Positions 14,401-28,300 of a stretch of 64,000 nt of DNA are shown piece by piece. The stretch is taken from contig OZ024743.1 in NCBI GenBank assembly GCA_964016885.1, positions 33,852,001 to 33,916,000 of the forward strand. The letters are read 5' to 3'. The notes under the pieces were generated by a model that worked only from the letters and a program-made list of their open reading frames with translations, did no database searches and had not been told where the DNA came from. Numbering within the stretch: position 1 is the first letter of the stretch; each line of letters begins with the position of its first letter. Source of the DNA: Eledone cirrhosa. Lineage: Eukaryota. Made by a program: the position numbers and the translations under genes.

Positions 14401-17400
14401 GTGAGAGATCAGGTCAGAGGACTTCATATACACGGAACTGATTTCGGCTTTTATATATCGTCATCTCATCATCATCATCATTGTTTAACGTCCATCTTCC
14501 ATGCTAGCATGGGTTAGATGGGAGTTGTCCCACTTGAGGCAAGGCTGGTTGGGTGACCGTGTCTCGCTCATATAGGACTATCTGGCAGGTTTTCTATGGC
14601 TGGATGCCCTTCCTAACACCAACCACATTTACAGTGTGGAACTGGGAACTTTTTACCGTGTTACCTACACGGCCACATTACAGCGTGGACTGTGTGTGTT
14701 TTTTGTCATGACACCTACACAATTTCGATCTCATTATCTCATTTATTTGGACTGGATGTTGTGGTACCAACTTTACAGAGAGAGGGTGGTGTTAGTGGGA
14801 GGATAGGGTAGGGGTAGTGGATTGGGTGTATATTTGGTTAAGAGGTGCCTATTGACTGTAGGTTTCGCTTTGTACATAGGCAAGGTGGGGTTCTGTATTA
14901 CTGCATAGCGCCAAAGATCTCGGTCCAGTGACATTGTCTTAGAGAGTGTGTAAGGTCGGAATTTATCAAATCGTCCCAGATTTTTCTGGATCTACCTACT
15001 CCGTAACTACCATCAATTTTGATCGCCCTGCACGTTTTTATACAGCTGTCGTCTTTCATGCGCATCACGTGACCATACCAACATAGTCTTCTCTCAAGGA
15101 AACAGCGTCTGATCCCTCTTATTCCTAATTTCTCACTTAGTTCATTTATGCTTTGCCGTTCATGTATATTACTATTACACATCCAATGGAGTATGCATGC
15201 TTCGTTCCTTTCCAGTCTGCACAGGTCCTCTGCACGCAATACCCATGTCTCACTGCCATGTCGCATTGCTGTTCGTATACAAGCATCATACAATCTGCCT
15301 TTCATTTTTAGAGAGAAACCTTTTGTGGCCAACAGCGGTATAAGCTCTCTGAACTTTTTCCATCCCATTCTGACTCTGGCTACTGTACTTTCAGAACACC
15401 CTCCACCACTACTGATTTCGTCACCCAGGTAACGGAAAGTGTCCACTATTTCTATAGAACCATCTGGGCAATAGAAGGAGCTAGTAACCTGTGGGCACTT
15501 GCTACTTATTGCACCTGAGCATCGGCCACATATAAAATCTACGTTCTTAGATAGTTTACCTGTGATCCCATTACATCTTTTATGTACCCATAGTTTGCAT
15601 TTGGGACATAAAATGGAATTTCTGCCTACTCCTTTCCTACACACCAAGCATGGCCATTTCCCTGATGGCACCTGTGCCCTATTTTCCTTTCTACAAACTA
15701 GAACTTTAGTCTTAGACAAGTTAACTTTAAGGCCTTTTGATTCTAGGCCATGCTTCCATGTTTCGAATTTCTTCTCTAGTTCAGCCATAGATTCAGCTAT
15801 GAGAGTTAGATCATCTGCGTATAGGAGTTCCCATGGGCAGCCGGTCTTGAACTCTCCTGTTATATCCTGAAGGGCAATAATAAATAGGAGGGGGCTAAGG
15901 ACAGAGCCTTGATGAACACCAACCTTTATACTAAATTCTTCACAATATTCATTGTTAATTCTAACCTTACTGACTGTTTCTTTATACATAGCTTGTATAG
16001 CTCTCACAAGCCATTCATCTACACCTAGTTTTCTAAGAGCCCACCAGATAATGGAGCATGGGACTCTGTCAAAGGCTTTTTCCAAGTCTACAAAAACTAA
16101 GTAGAGGGGTTTACTTTTAGCTAGGTACTTCTCCTGTAGTTGTCGTACAAGGAAAAGAGCGTCTGTGGTACTTTTACCTGACACAAACCCAAACTGCATT
16201 TCATCTAGATCAATTCGCTCTCTGTTTAGTTGCGCTATAACTCTTTCTGTGACCTTCATGACCTGGTCAACTAACTTAATGCCTCTATAGTTTCCCCTAT
16301 CTAGAGCATCCCCTTTACCCTTGTTGCAGTTAATGATGATGCTGCTACGCCAGTATTTTGGTATGACCCCATTCTGTATTACTTGGTTGACTATACGGGT
16401 GACCATAGTATGTCCCACCATTCCAGATGCCTTCAACATCTCAGCAACTATCTCCAAAGGCCCAGCTGCCTTTCCTGTCTTCATATCTTTGATTGCCTTA
16501 CTTATTATACTACCTTTAACTTGCACCGCTGGTCCTTCTATTGGATCAAAACTCCTCATTTAATAGTCTCTCGTAGTGACACTTCCAGGCTATCTTCTTA
16601 TCAGCATCAGTGAGGGCAAGTACACCGTTATCATTACGGACACACTACTCCCCGACAATATCACAGTTTTCCTTGACACATTGTCTAGCAATCCTTGAAC
16701 ACCTCACGTTTTTGGTCCTCACGTTGTAGAACATGCTTGAACTTTCTATCCTCTGCTTCCCTTTTTGCAAGGTACACTTGTCTCCTAGCTTCTCTCCTGG
16801 CCACTTGATAGTGTTCTCTACATCCCCCATCCTGCCATACTTTCTAAGCCTGCTTTTTTGCCTTGATTGTCTCTTCCACCTTACTGTTCCACCACCAAGT
16901 TACTCTCCTCCTGCCAATAGGTCTGCTCCAGCCACAGATTTCATCTGTTGCTTTCAGCAGGTTCACTTTCAAGATTTCCCACTGTTCCTCTATATTGCAC
17001 GTCTCTAATTTTTGCTCTTCCTTATTGTCAAAGGCATCAAGTAATAAGCTTTTAAATTTGTCACGGGCTATGGGGTCCTTCAACTTCCATATTCTTCTCC
17101 TCAAGGTAGGCCTCTTCTGTCATCGAGTACGTCTATTCCTGACTATGAGGTCACTAACTACTAGGCTATGTTGGGAGGTGCATTCTTCATGGGGGAGGGA
17201 TTTAGTGTTTACAACAGACACTTTGTCACGTCTTCTAGTAAGGATATAATCTATCTGGCTTGCGTGTTCCCCTGATCTATAGGTGATCAAGTGGTTTTCT
17301 CGTTTTTTGAAGTTTGTGTTACAGATAGTTAGATTATTAGTGTCACAGAATCCCAGTATTCTGAAGCCCTCCTCATTTCTATTTCCAACCCCATAGCCTC

Positions 17401-20400
17401 CATGGATTCCATCATAGCCATCACTATGTTGTCCAATGTGACCGTTTAGGTCGCCAGCAATAATTAAGTAGTCGCTGTCAGTTATTTGGGAGGTAGTGTG
17501 CATTAGCATCTCATAAAACCTATCCTTTATAACGTCAGGTAGACCAGATTGGGGTGCATAAGCGGATATTATTGTCACAGTAGTTCTATTTAGAACTAGT
17601 CTTATTTTAATTATTCTGTCATTCACTCTATTTACGTCAATTACCTTATCAGCCATTTTTCAGCTTACATAATTCCTACACCACCCACTCCGTTGTCATT
17701 TCCCACCCAGAAAAGTTTATAGCATCGTTTTTTACCCACAATGACTCTGGCAGACCCACCTCTCCACCTAGTCTCTTGAACACAACAGACATCAACTTCT
17801 TTATGTTCAAGCATCTCTACAACCTCATTTGAGCGACTTTTCAATATGCCTACGTTCATAGTACCAACTCTGAAGTTGGGAGGGTGGGATGGATGGGGGT
17901 GGAATTATGTTGGTCATCCGTGTCTGAAATAAAGATGCGTCCTTGTATTCTCATCCTGCGGTTGGAGGTGAATTTATCTTTATCTGTGACATTGTCATTG
18001 AGTTTCCAAATTCCGCAGCCCACCCATGAAACAGGTCTAAACTTAAGTAGTAGTAACTGAAGTGGTAGCTTTGTTATACTGATTTGTAAGAGAACTTATT
18101 ATAAACCGCTGAGTTATGATTGGACCATATAGCCATGGTGGTGGTGTGTGGGGGTGTGAGGGCGGGAAATGGGTAACTTTAGAAGAAGTTTAGTTTTTAT
18201 GAAGGATCCAACAGAATGAGGCATATTATTAAATACATGTAAAATATTAATTGAAAATCCGAGAGAAAAACAAAGAATTTGAATTCTAGACTGGCATAAA
18301 TAGAAGTTTAAAACACTGCTCATCGAGTGAACTACGGGTAAAAGGAAAGACAAGTGTTTTGCTTACATTCTCAAACTTGACAGATCGTCCGTAAGATAGA
18401 TATCATCATCACCATTCTTCCATGCTAGCATGGGTTAGACGGGTTGTCCTGTTGTGGGCAGTGTCTGGTCGGCTGACCATGCCTTGCTCATACAGGAACT
18501 GATTTTGGCTTGATTTCTACAGCTGGATGCCCTTCCTAACACCAACCTCATTTACAGTGAGTGCTGGGTACTTTTTTTCCATGGTGCCTACACGTCCACT
18601 TTACAGAGTGGGCTGGGTGCTTTTTTGCCGTGGCACCTCTACAACCACTTTGCAGTGGGAGGGTGTGGGGGCATATTGTCTATATGCTTCAGCTTGTACC
18701 CATGGGCGGTCGGGTACTCTGTATTATTGCGTGACGCCAGAGGTCACGGTCGTGTGTCATCACCTTTGAGAGGTGTAATTGGGTAAGGTCGGCTTTTATC
18801 ACCTCATCCCAGGTCTTCTTGGGTCTCCCCACTCCGCGATTTCCATTGACTTTTAGTGCTCTGCACCTTTTTATGCAGCTGTCATCCTTCATACGCATCA
18901 CATGTCCATACCAACACAACCGCCTCTCCTGCACACAGCATTTGATTCCTCTTATGCTCAGTCTCTCTCTCAATTCATTTATGCTTTGCCGTTCGCGTAT
19001 ATTACTATTACACATCCATCGGAGCATGCAGGCTTCGTTTCTTTCTAATCTACATAAGTCTTCCACCTTCAGCGCCCAGGTCTCATTACCATGTAACATT
19101 GCTGTTCGTACACATGCATCCTACAGTCTGGCTTTCTTTTTGAGGGAAAAGCCTTTTGCAGCTAGCAGTGGCAGTAGTTCCCTGAACTTCTTCCATCCCG
19201 TTCCTACCCTAGTTATTGTACTTTCTGAACACCCACCTCCGCTGCTAATTCGGTCACCTATGTAGCAACAAAAGCTGTCTACTGTTTCTACAGAGCCCTC
19301 CCAGATATTGGTGGTGCTTGTTTCCTGTGGCTGTTTGCTGCTTGCTGTCCTAGCACAGCTGCTACATGTGAAGCCTACATTCTTAATTAAGCTTCCTGAG
19401 ATCCCGCTACATCTCTTGTGTACCCATTGTTTCCATTTGGAGCAGAGAATGGAGTTCCTACCTACACCTTTCCTACATACTGAGCAAGGCCATTTCCCTG
19501 AGGGGATCTGGGTTCTGTTTTCTAGTCTACTTACAAGGACCTTAGTCTTTGTCAGGTTGACTTTGAGACCCTTTCTTTCTAGTCCCTGCTTCCATGTTTG
19601 GAATTTCTTCTCTAGTTCTACCATAGATTCAGCTATAAGTGCGAGGTCATCTGCATACAGGAGTTCCTATAGGCATCCGGTCTTAAACTCCTCCATTATT
19701 GCCTGCAGGACTATGATGAACAGGAGAGGGCTAAGAACAGAGCCCTGGTGGACACCAACCTGTACGCTAAATTCCTCGCTATACTCATTGCTAATCCTAA
19801 CTTTGCTGACTGCTCCCCTATACATGGCTTGTACAGCTTTCACAAGCCATTCATCTACTCCTAGTTTTCTAAGAGCCCACCAGATTATAGCACGTGGAAC
19901 TCTGTCAAAGGCTTTCTCGAGATCGACGAATGCCAGGTAGAGTGGCTTACTTTTAGCTAGGTACTTTTCCTGTAACTGCCTCACAAGGAAGAGGGCATCA
20001 GTGGTGCCTCTTCCTGGTACAAACCCAAATTGCATCTCATCTAGTTTCACCTGGTTCCTAATCAACTGTGCTATAATACAAAGGAATTGTACTAAATCTA
20101 TAAATACATTCATGTTGATGATAATGGCACATGCAATTCAATTTCAATGCAATTCAATATTTCAATGTGTAGAAACAGGATATACTAAAATTGTTTAAAC
20201 ACTTACATCGCACATTAACAGGATGTCTGAAATCACAATAGAAAACAAATACATCACAGTTCGATGCTCTGTGCAGATATTAAAATACAAATAGTCATCG
20301 AAAATGAATAAATAAAAATAATTCAGCTGAAAATGAGTACCAGCAGTAACTGGGAGCTGTAATAGACTGGTATCCTGTCTTGTAGGGGAATATTATATTC

Positions 20401-23400
20401 TTAGTTGCTTAATACCGATAAAATAGGACAAGTACCGATCTGAGGAGTCTCCAGAATTAGGGGAGACTTTAAGTTTTTGACTGTATTATACATAAACCAT
20501 CGCATAATACTGTATATAAACATGTCTAATTTTTGCTCTTCCTTATTGTCAAAGGCATCAAGTAATAAGCTTTTAAATTTGTCACGGGCTATGGGGTCCT
20601 TCAACTTCCATATTCTTCTCCTCAAGGTAGGCCTCTTCTGTCATCGAGTACGTCTATTCCTGACTATGAGGTCACTAACTACTAGGCTATGTTGGGAGGT
20701 GCATTCTTCATGGGGGAGGGATTTAGTGTTTACAACAGACACTTTGTCACGTCTTCTAGTAAGGATATAATCTATCTGGCTTGCGTGTTCCCCTGATCTA
20801 TAGGTGATCAAGTGGTTTTCTCGTTTTTTGAAGTTTGTGTTACAGATAGTTAGATTATTAGTGTCACAGAATCCCAGTATTCTGAAGCCCTCCTCATTTC
20901 TATTTCCAACCCCATAGCCTCCATGGATTCCATCATAGCCATCACTATGTTGTCCAATGTGACCGTTTAGGTCGCCAGCAATAATTAAGTAGTCGCTGTC
21001 AGTTATTTGGGAGGTAGTGTGCATTAGCATCTCATAAAACCTATCCTTTATAACGTCAGGTAGACCAGATTGGGGTGCATAAGCGGATATTATTGTCACA
21101 GTAGTTCTATTTAGAACTAGTCTTATTTTAATTATTCTGTCATTCACTCTATTTACGTCAATTACCTTATCAGCCATTTTTCAGCTTACATAATTCCTAC
21201 ACCACCCACTCCGTTGTCATTTCCCACCCAGAAAAGTTTATAGCATCGTTTTTTACCCACAATGACTCTGGCAGACCCACCTCTCCACCTAGTCTCTTGA
21301 ACACAACAGACATCAACTTCTTTATGTTCAAGCATCTCTACAACCTCATTTGAGCGACTTTTCAATATGCCTACGTTCATAGTACCAACTCTGAAGTTGG
21401 GAGGGTGGGATGGATGGGGGTGGAATTATGTTGGTCATCCGTGTCTGAAATAAAGATGCGTCCTTGTATTCTCATCCTGCGGTTGGAGGTGAATTTATCT
21501 TTATCTGTGACATTGTCATTGAGTTTCCAAATTCCGCAGCCCACCCATTAAACAGGTCTAAACTTAAGTAGTAGTAACTGAAGTGGTAGCTTTGCTATAC
21601 TGATTTGTAAGAGAACTTATTATAAACCGCTGAGTTATGATTGGACCATATAGCCATGGTGGTGGTGTGTGGGGGTGTGAGGGCGGGAAATGGGTAACTT
21701 TAGAAGAAGTTTAGTTTTTATGAAGGGTCCAACAGAATGAGGCATATTATTAAATACATGTAAAATATTAATTGAAAATCCGAGAGAAAAACAAAGAATT
21801 TGAATTCTAGACTGGCATAAATAGAAGTTTAAAACACTGCTCATCGAGTGAACTACGGGTAAAAGGAAAGACAAGTGTTTTGCTTACATTCTCAAACTTG
21901 ACAGATCGTCCGTAAGATAGATATCATCATCACCATTCTTCCATGCTAGCATGGGTTAGACGGGTTGTCCTGTTGTGGGCAGTGTCTGGTCGGCTGACCA
22001 TGCCTTGCTCATACAGGAACTGATTTTGGCTTGATTTCTACAGCTGGATGCCCTTCCTAACACCAACCTCATTTACAGTGAGTGCTGGGTACTTTTTTTC
22101 CATGGTGCCTACACGTCCACTTTACAGAGTGGGCTGGGTGCTTTTTTGCCGTGGCACCTCTACAACCACTTTGCAGTGGGAGGGTGTGGTACAAACCTGG
22201 TACAAACCCAAATTGCATCTCATCTAGTTTCACCTGGTTCCTAATCAACTGTGCTATAATACAAAGGAATTGTACTAAATCTATAAATACATTCATGTTG
22301 ATGATAATGGCACATGCAATTCAATTTCAATGCAATTCAATATTTCAATGTGTAGAAACAGGATATACTAAAATTGTTTAAACACTTACATCGCACATTA
22401 ACAGGATGTCTGAAATCACAATAGAAAACAAATACATCACAGTTCGATGCTCTGTGCAGATATTAAAATACAAATAGTCATCGAAAATGAATAAATAAAA
22501 ATAATTTGGTTGTAGATTATAATGTGAAGACATGTGACTAGAAGTTACAGTGTTGGACTTAGGATCATAATGTAGTGGGTTCAATTGCTGGATCAGTTGG
22601 CATGTTGTGTTTTTGAGCAAAAAACTTAATTTCATGTTGCTCCAGTACACTCAGCTGAAAATGAGTACCAGCAGTAACTGGGAGCTGTAATAGACTGGTA
22701 TCCTGTCTTGTAGGGGAATATTATATTCTTAGTATTCAAATCCCGCCGAGGTTGACTTTGCCTTTCATCCTTACGGGGTCGATAAAATAAAGTACCAGTA
22801 ATGCACTGGGTAATTACTGGCCTTGTGCCTAAAGTAGAAACAATTATATTCTTAGTTGCTTAATACCGATAAAATAGGACAAGTACCGATCTGAGGAGTC
22901 TCCAGAATTAGGGGAGACTTTAAGTTTTTGACTGTATTATACATAAACCATCGCATAATACTGTATATAAACATGTCTATGAACATAAAGCTGTTTTAAA
23001 ATCAAAATCTAATGCTATAACAAAACAACACATCTCAACATTATATGATATGCACATATATGAGGGGGTTCAAAAAGTTCCAGGGCTAGTTATGTTTTAA
23101 AAAAAACTAATATATTTACCTAAGTTTTAACATCATCTCCTTGGAAATAGTCACCTTGCACAGCAATACACCAGTCCCAGCATTCCTCTCACTTTTGGAA
23201 TCCGGCCTGGAAATCGTTTTCCATAAGTGAGTTGAGGACCTTCTGTAATTCCTTCTGAATCTCAGCGACCTTTGAGCTGCATTTTCAGCTTGGAGATGAG
23301 ATGGAAGTTAGAAGGTGATAAATCTGGCGAATAGGGTGTCGAAGTGATACAATTTTGTTTTTGGTGAGAAACTCATGAGTGAGGAGAGTTTGGTTACAGG

Positions 23401-25329
23401 GTGCATTGTCATTGTGAAGAATCCAATTCTTTGCGCTCCACAGATCTGGTTGCTTTCATCGAACGTCCTCTCTCAAACACCTCAAAACATTGCAGTAGAA
23501 CTCTTGATTGACAGTCTGGCCCTGGTGGATGAATTTTCGATGCACATTATCACAGATGTCGAAAAACAAACAACGAGCATGTTCTTGATTGAGCTGTGGC
23601 TCTGTCGTGCCTTCTTGTACCTGTAGACCCAACTCCTCTTATTGGATGGGTCATCAGCAACATGCTGACGGAGATCTTGACAGACTTTGATGCGATGTTC
23701 TTTCTGTTCAGTGGTCAGCAGGTGGGGGACCAACATGGCAGCAGCATGTGACATTAGAATTGTCTGCACGGGCCCATACAACAGACCAACATCAGTAATA
23801 TCGTTGATTGTCCTTCGATGATCATCATGCACAGGCTGATTAATTTTCACCACATTTCCGAGAATGGCACCCATGGAAGGTCTTCCAGATTGCTCATCAT
23901 CTTCTAGGGACGTTCTTCCGCCTTTGAAGCACCCATGCCTCTTGAAACATTGTGTGCTACCCTCGTCTCCGTAAGCTTGCCGAAGCATGCTCAATGTCTC
24001 TGTAGCTGACTTCCCAAGTTGAACGCAGAATTTCATATTAGCTCTTTGTTCCAACTTCCTGTTCATGACAAGATCACAGGCTACAGCTTACACATGATCT
24101 CAAAAACACAAATTTCACAACTTGCGAAGTGAACACAGTGATGTCACTCGACACACTGGCACATGAAAGTCACTACTCATGCAACTCTGTGTCACCATCT
24201 GTTGGCACACTACAGAACTAGCCTGGAAACTTTTTGATAACACCTTGTATGTACATATTCACACACAGAAAAGCCTCATACACGCACATATATATGTACA
24301 TACACATGCATACATATATTAAATATATATGAACACATGCAGATCATGTGTTCAGCTGCAGTTTTGTTATAGTATACATATGTATACGTAAAAATACTGT
24401 TTTCAAATAAATTTTTTAGATAATATATAATTTGGAAAGATTTCACAATATAACTAATTTTATCATTATTCATCCAGCGTTTTGAACATAACCAAGGTTC
24501 TTACATAAAATTACCATGTAAGGTTTTTATATATATATATATATATAAACACTTTAAAACAAACAGTTGTATATTATAGAATCCTTTTAATATCAATCAA
24601 AACTATTTTGATAATAACTTGTCCAAAACCCATCCTGGTTCTTTCTATGAACCAAAATCACCCATTGTTACACGTTCCTATTTAAATTAAATTCATCCAG
24701 CATTATTTGGTATAAGAACCATTTGTTAAGTTATGTTACAAATACCATCTTCAGTTGAGCAAATGGATATGTGAATGTTCTTTCATCATTGTAGCTTAAA
24801 CATTTTTATTTTCTAACAGGGCTGATTCCTGGAGATGAAATTTTAATCATCAATGGAAAGATAGTCTCAGAGCTTGATATGGTATTCATAGAAGCTTTGC
24901 TTCATGAATCCCATTCTTTATGTATGACGGTTCAAACCTGCCGTGTTCAGGTTCCAACTGTGGTCAATGCAGGAGGGCCGTCAGCAGATACCAATGACAG
25001 CATTATCCAAAACACAATGGGCACTCCCCCGCAGCCTAGAGACAAAGCCTTAGCTGATTTGTCTGTAAGCTCTCCAGGTAATGTTTACTTTCATTTTTTT
25101 TCTTAGTATTTTTTTTCTGTATTCGTCTTGTTTTCTTTCCCCAATGCTTCCTCAATGGATAAGCAGAGATATGAAACTGAAATTATTCAATGTCGCACTC
25201 ATTACATTACTACAAGCTACAGCTGTCAATCACATTTAAGTATGACTTGCAAGTATGTACCATGCATTTGCTAAGGGTTTGAGATACCTATGCAGTCATA
25301 AGCAGATACCTCCTTGACACACGCACACA

Positions 25330-25373
<44 letters not shown>

Positions 25374-28300
25374 AAACATCCAGGATATGACAGCTAAAAG
25401 AAGAGAAAGCTATTACTTTCTGTATTGATCACAAAAGGATGAAAGACAGAATAGACCTAAGTGAGATTTCAACTCAGAACGCTGGAGATCTCAAACAAAA
25501 ACTCAATGCTCTAACATGTCTGCCAAATCAACCACCTTACTCATTATAACACACAACTAATAATTAACAATTGAAAAAAGTAATTACACTGACAAAATGT
25601 GAAGAAAGTGTTGATGATGTAGATATAGGCTATATTCACATGATAAAATTAAGATATATATAATAGGAAAAATACTTGTAGAAACAGACTTAACCCATTA
25701 GCATTTAGAACATTGCCCCCATCTATAATTTAGATACTCATGAAGACTTTTAAATCCCAGGATTAATGGCAATATTCCACATTTTCACATTGCCAATCAT
25801 AGAACTGCTGAGTTAACCCTTTTACATTACTCTATATTTACTATTATATTTTCATGGTAAACACTTTACCTCACATAATTATCTCACATAATATCAAATC
25901 TATGAGATTTTGATATTATTTATTTTGAGAACATCTGTATGAGTGGCCAGTTATGACCAGTTTGAACAGAAAGGGGTGAGAGAATTCTGGCCAGATATGG
26001 CTGGTTTAAATGCTAAAGAGTTAATAAATTTTGACTATAGTAAATAAAAAAACTAAAACAAAACTCAGTTGATTCTAAACATTTAAGGATTTCAATATTT
26101 AAAAGTTAAAAAAATAATTACACTCTACTTTGGTTTGAAGTAAGTATAAAAATACTGCAGAACTTTATTTCATCATCATCCTTTTACGTCCGCTTTTCCC
26201 TGCTTGGAAGCGTGGGACGGGTCCTATTCAGCACAGCATCTCTCCACTTGTCACGGTTCTTTGTCATCTCCTCTGTGAGCTTCAGCGATCTGATGTCTGC
26301 TCTCACCACCTCCGCCCATATTTTTCGTGGTCTTCCTCTACTGGGATTTCTTGGCACTTCTTTATCCAGCGGTCATCCTCCATGCACATCACATGTCCAT
26401 ACCATCGCAGTCTTCTCTCCCACACACTACAACTTATTCCTCTTATACACAGTTTCTCTCTCAACTCATCCATGCTTGGTCATTCACGCACATTGATATT
26501 GCATGTCCAACGGAGCATGCTTGCTTCATTTCTCTTCAGCCATCGCATATCCTCTGCAGTTACTGCCCATGTCTCACTACCATGCAGCATTGCGCTCCTC
26601 ACACAGGCATCATATAACCGGCCTTTCGTATGCATGGAGAAACCCTTCTTTGTCAACAGAGGAAGCAGCTCCCTAAACTTTTTCAAACCCATCCTTATTC
26701 TAGATACTATGGCCTCGGAACACCCGCCTCCCATGCTAATCTGATCACCTAGGTACCGGAAGCTATCAACCACTTCTATAGAACCCACCTGCATTTGAAA
26801 AATGAGTCTATCACTGTGACTTCTACTGTCAAATTTCCCTGTACATCTACTGCATACATAGTTTTCTCATACATAGTTTGCCTGCTATTCTACTACATCT
26901 CTTGTGTACCCAAGATCTGCATTGTGTACATTTTATAGAATTTATGCCAGTTCCTTTTCTACATATTGAACATGGCCATTTCTCTGATGGAATCAGAGTT
27001 TTGTCTTCTTTTCTACTTATTGACACTTTTGTCTTAGCTAGGTTCACTCTCAGTCCTCTTGATTCCAACTGCTGTTTCCATAGCCAGAATTTATTCTCTA
27101 GCTCCTCTACTGATTCTGCTATAAGAACCAAATTTTCAGCATAGAGAAGTTCCCATGGGCAGCCAGTCTTAAACTCCTCTGTTATGGTTTGGAGGACTAT
27201 AATGAACAAGAGCGGGCTGAGGACCGAACCCTGATGTACTCCTACTTGTATCTGAAATTCCTCACTAAACTCCATTCCTACTATCCTTTTACTGACAGCA
27301 CCTCTGTACATAGCTTGCACTGTCCTCACAAGCCATTCTTCTACACCTAGTTTCCTTAGGGACCACCAGATGACAGATTGGGGTAACTTATCAAAGGCCT
27401 TCTCTAGGTCAACAAAAGCTAAGTATAGTGGCTTATTCTTCTCTGAGAACCTCTCTTGTAGTTGTCTCACTAAGAAGAGGGCATATGTTGTACTTTTCCC
27501 AGGCAGAAAACCAAACTGCATCTCATCTAATTTGACCCTTTCTCTAATTAATTGCGCCAATATTCTCTCTGCCACTTTCATAACCTGATCCATCAGTTTT
27601 ATGCCCCTATAATTGCTCCTCTCCAGAGCATCTCCTTTACCTTTGTAGCAATTTATGAGAATACTTCTGCACCAGTCTTTGGGTATGACACTGCCATATA
27701 TAGCTTGATTGATGATGCGTGCAACCTGTTTAGTGCCTACTTCTCCTGCTGCCTTCAGCATCTCAACAACTATCCCCAACGGTCCAGTGGTCTAACCATT
27801 TTTCATTTCCTTAATTGCCTCTTGGACCCTATATTCGTCAATCTCAATAGCTGGTCCCTCTGTCGGGTCTACTGGAGGTAATTTCTCTCTCTCCCATTTG
27901 TTCTCCACATTCATTAGTCTCTCATAATGACATTTCCAGGCCTCCTTCTTCTGATCATTCGTGACACTAAGTACACCAGCATCATTTTGGACATACTTAT
28001 CTCCAACAACATGTTGATTTACACCGACACACTGCCTCGCAATGCGGAACACCGCGTGTCTCTGATCTTGCTGTCGCAGAACATTGGCAAACCTACTCTC
28101 AGCCTCCCTGCGTGCTAAGTACACCTGATGTCTTGCTTCTCTCTTAGCGGCTGTGTATCAGTCTCTACTCCCACCATTTTTCCAAGTATTCCATGCTAGT
28201 CTTTTGTCTCTAATGGCACTATCTACCATGCTGTTCCACCACCAGGTCACTTTCTGTCTAGTCGGAGCTCTGCTCCAGCCATAAGTTTCTTTAGTAGCCT

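Noticed and set aside
13138-19940. Long ORFs antisense to the RTE elements (e.g. 13138-13641, 18819-19265, 19308-19940; also 49653-50153)
   Set aside because: These are shadow frames of the RT coding strand, repeated in each copy, with no independent domain signal.
23482-24066. Mariner ORF as a domesticated SETMAR-like gene
   Set aside because: Internal deletions and frameshifts remove much of the DDD catalytic domain, TIRs are still present, and there is no SET exon.
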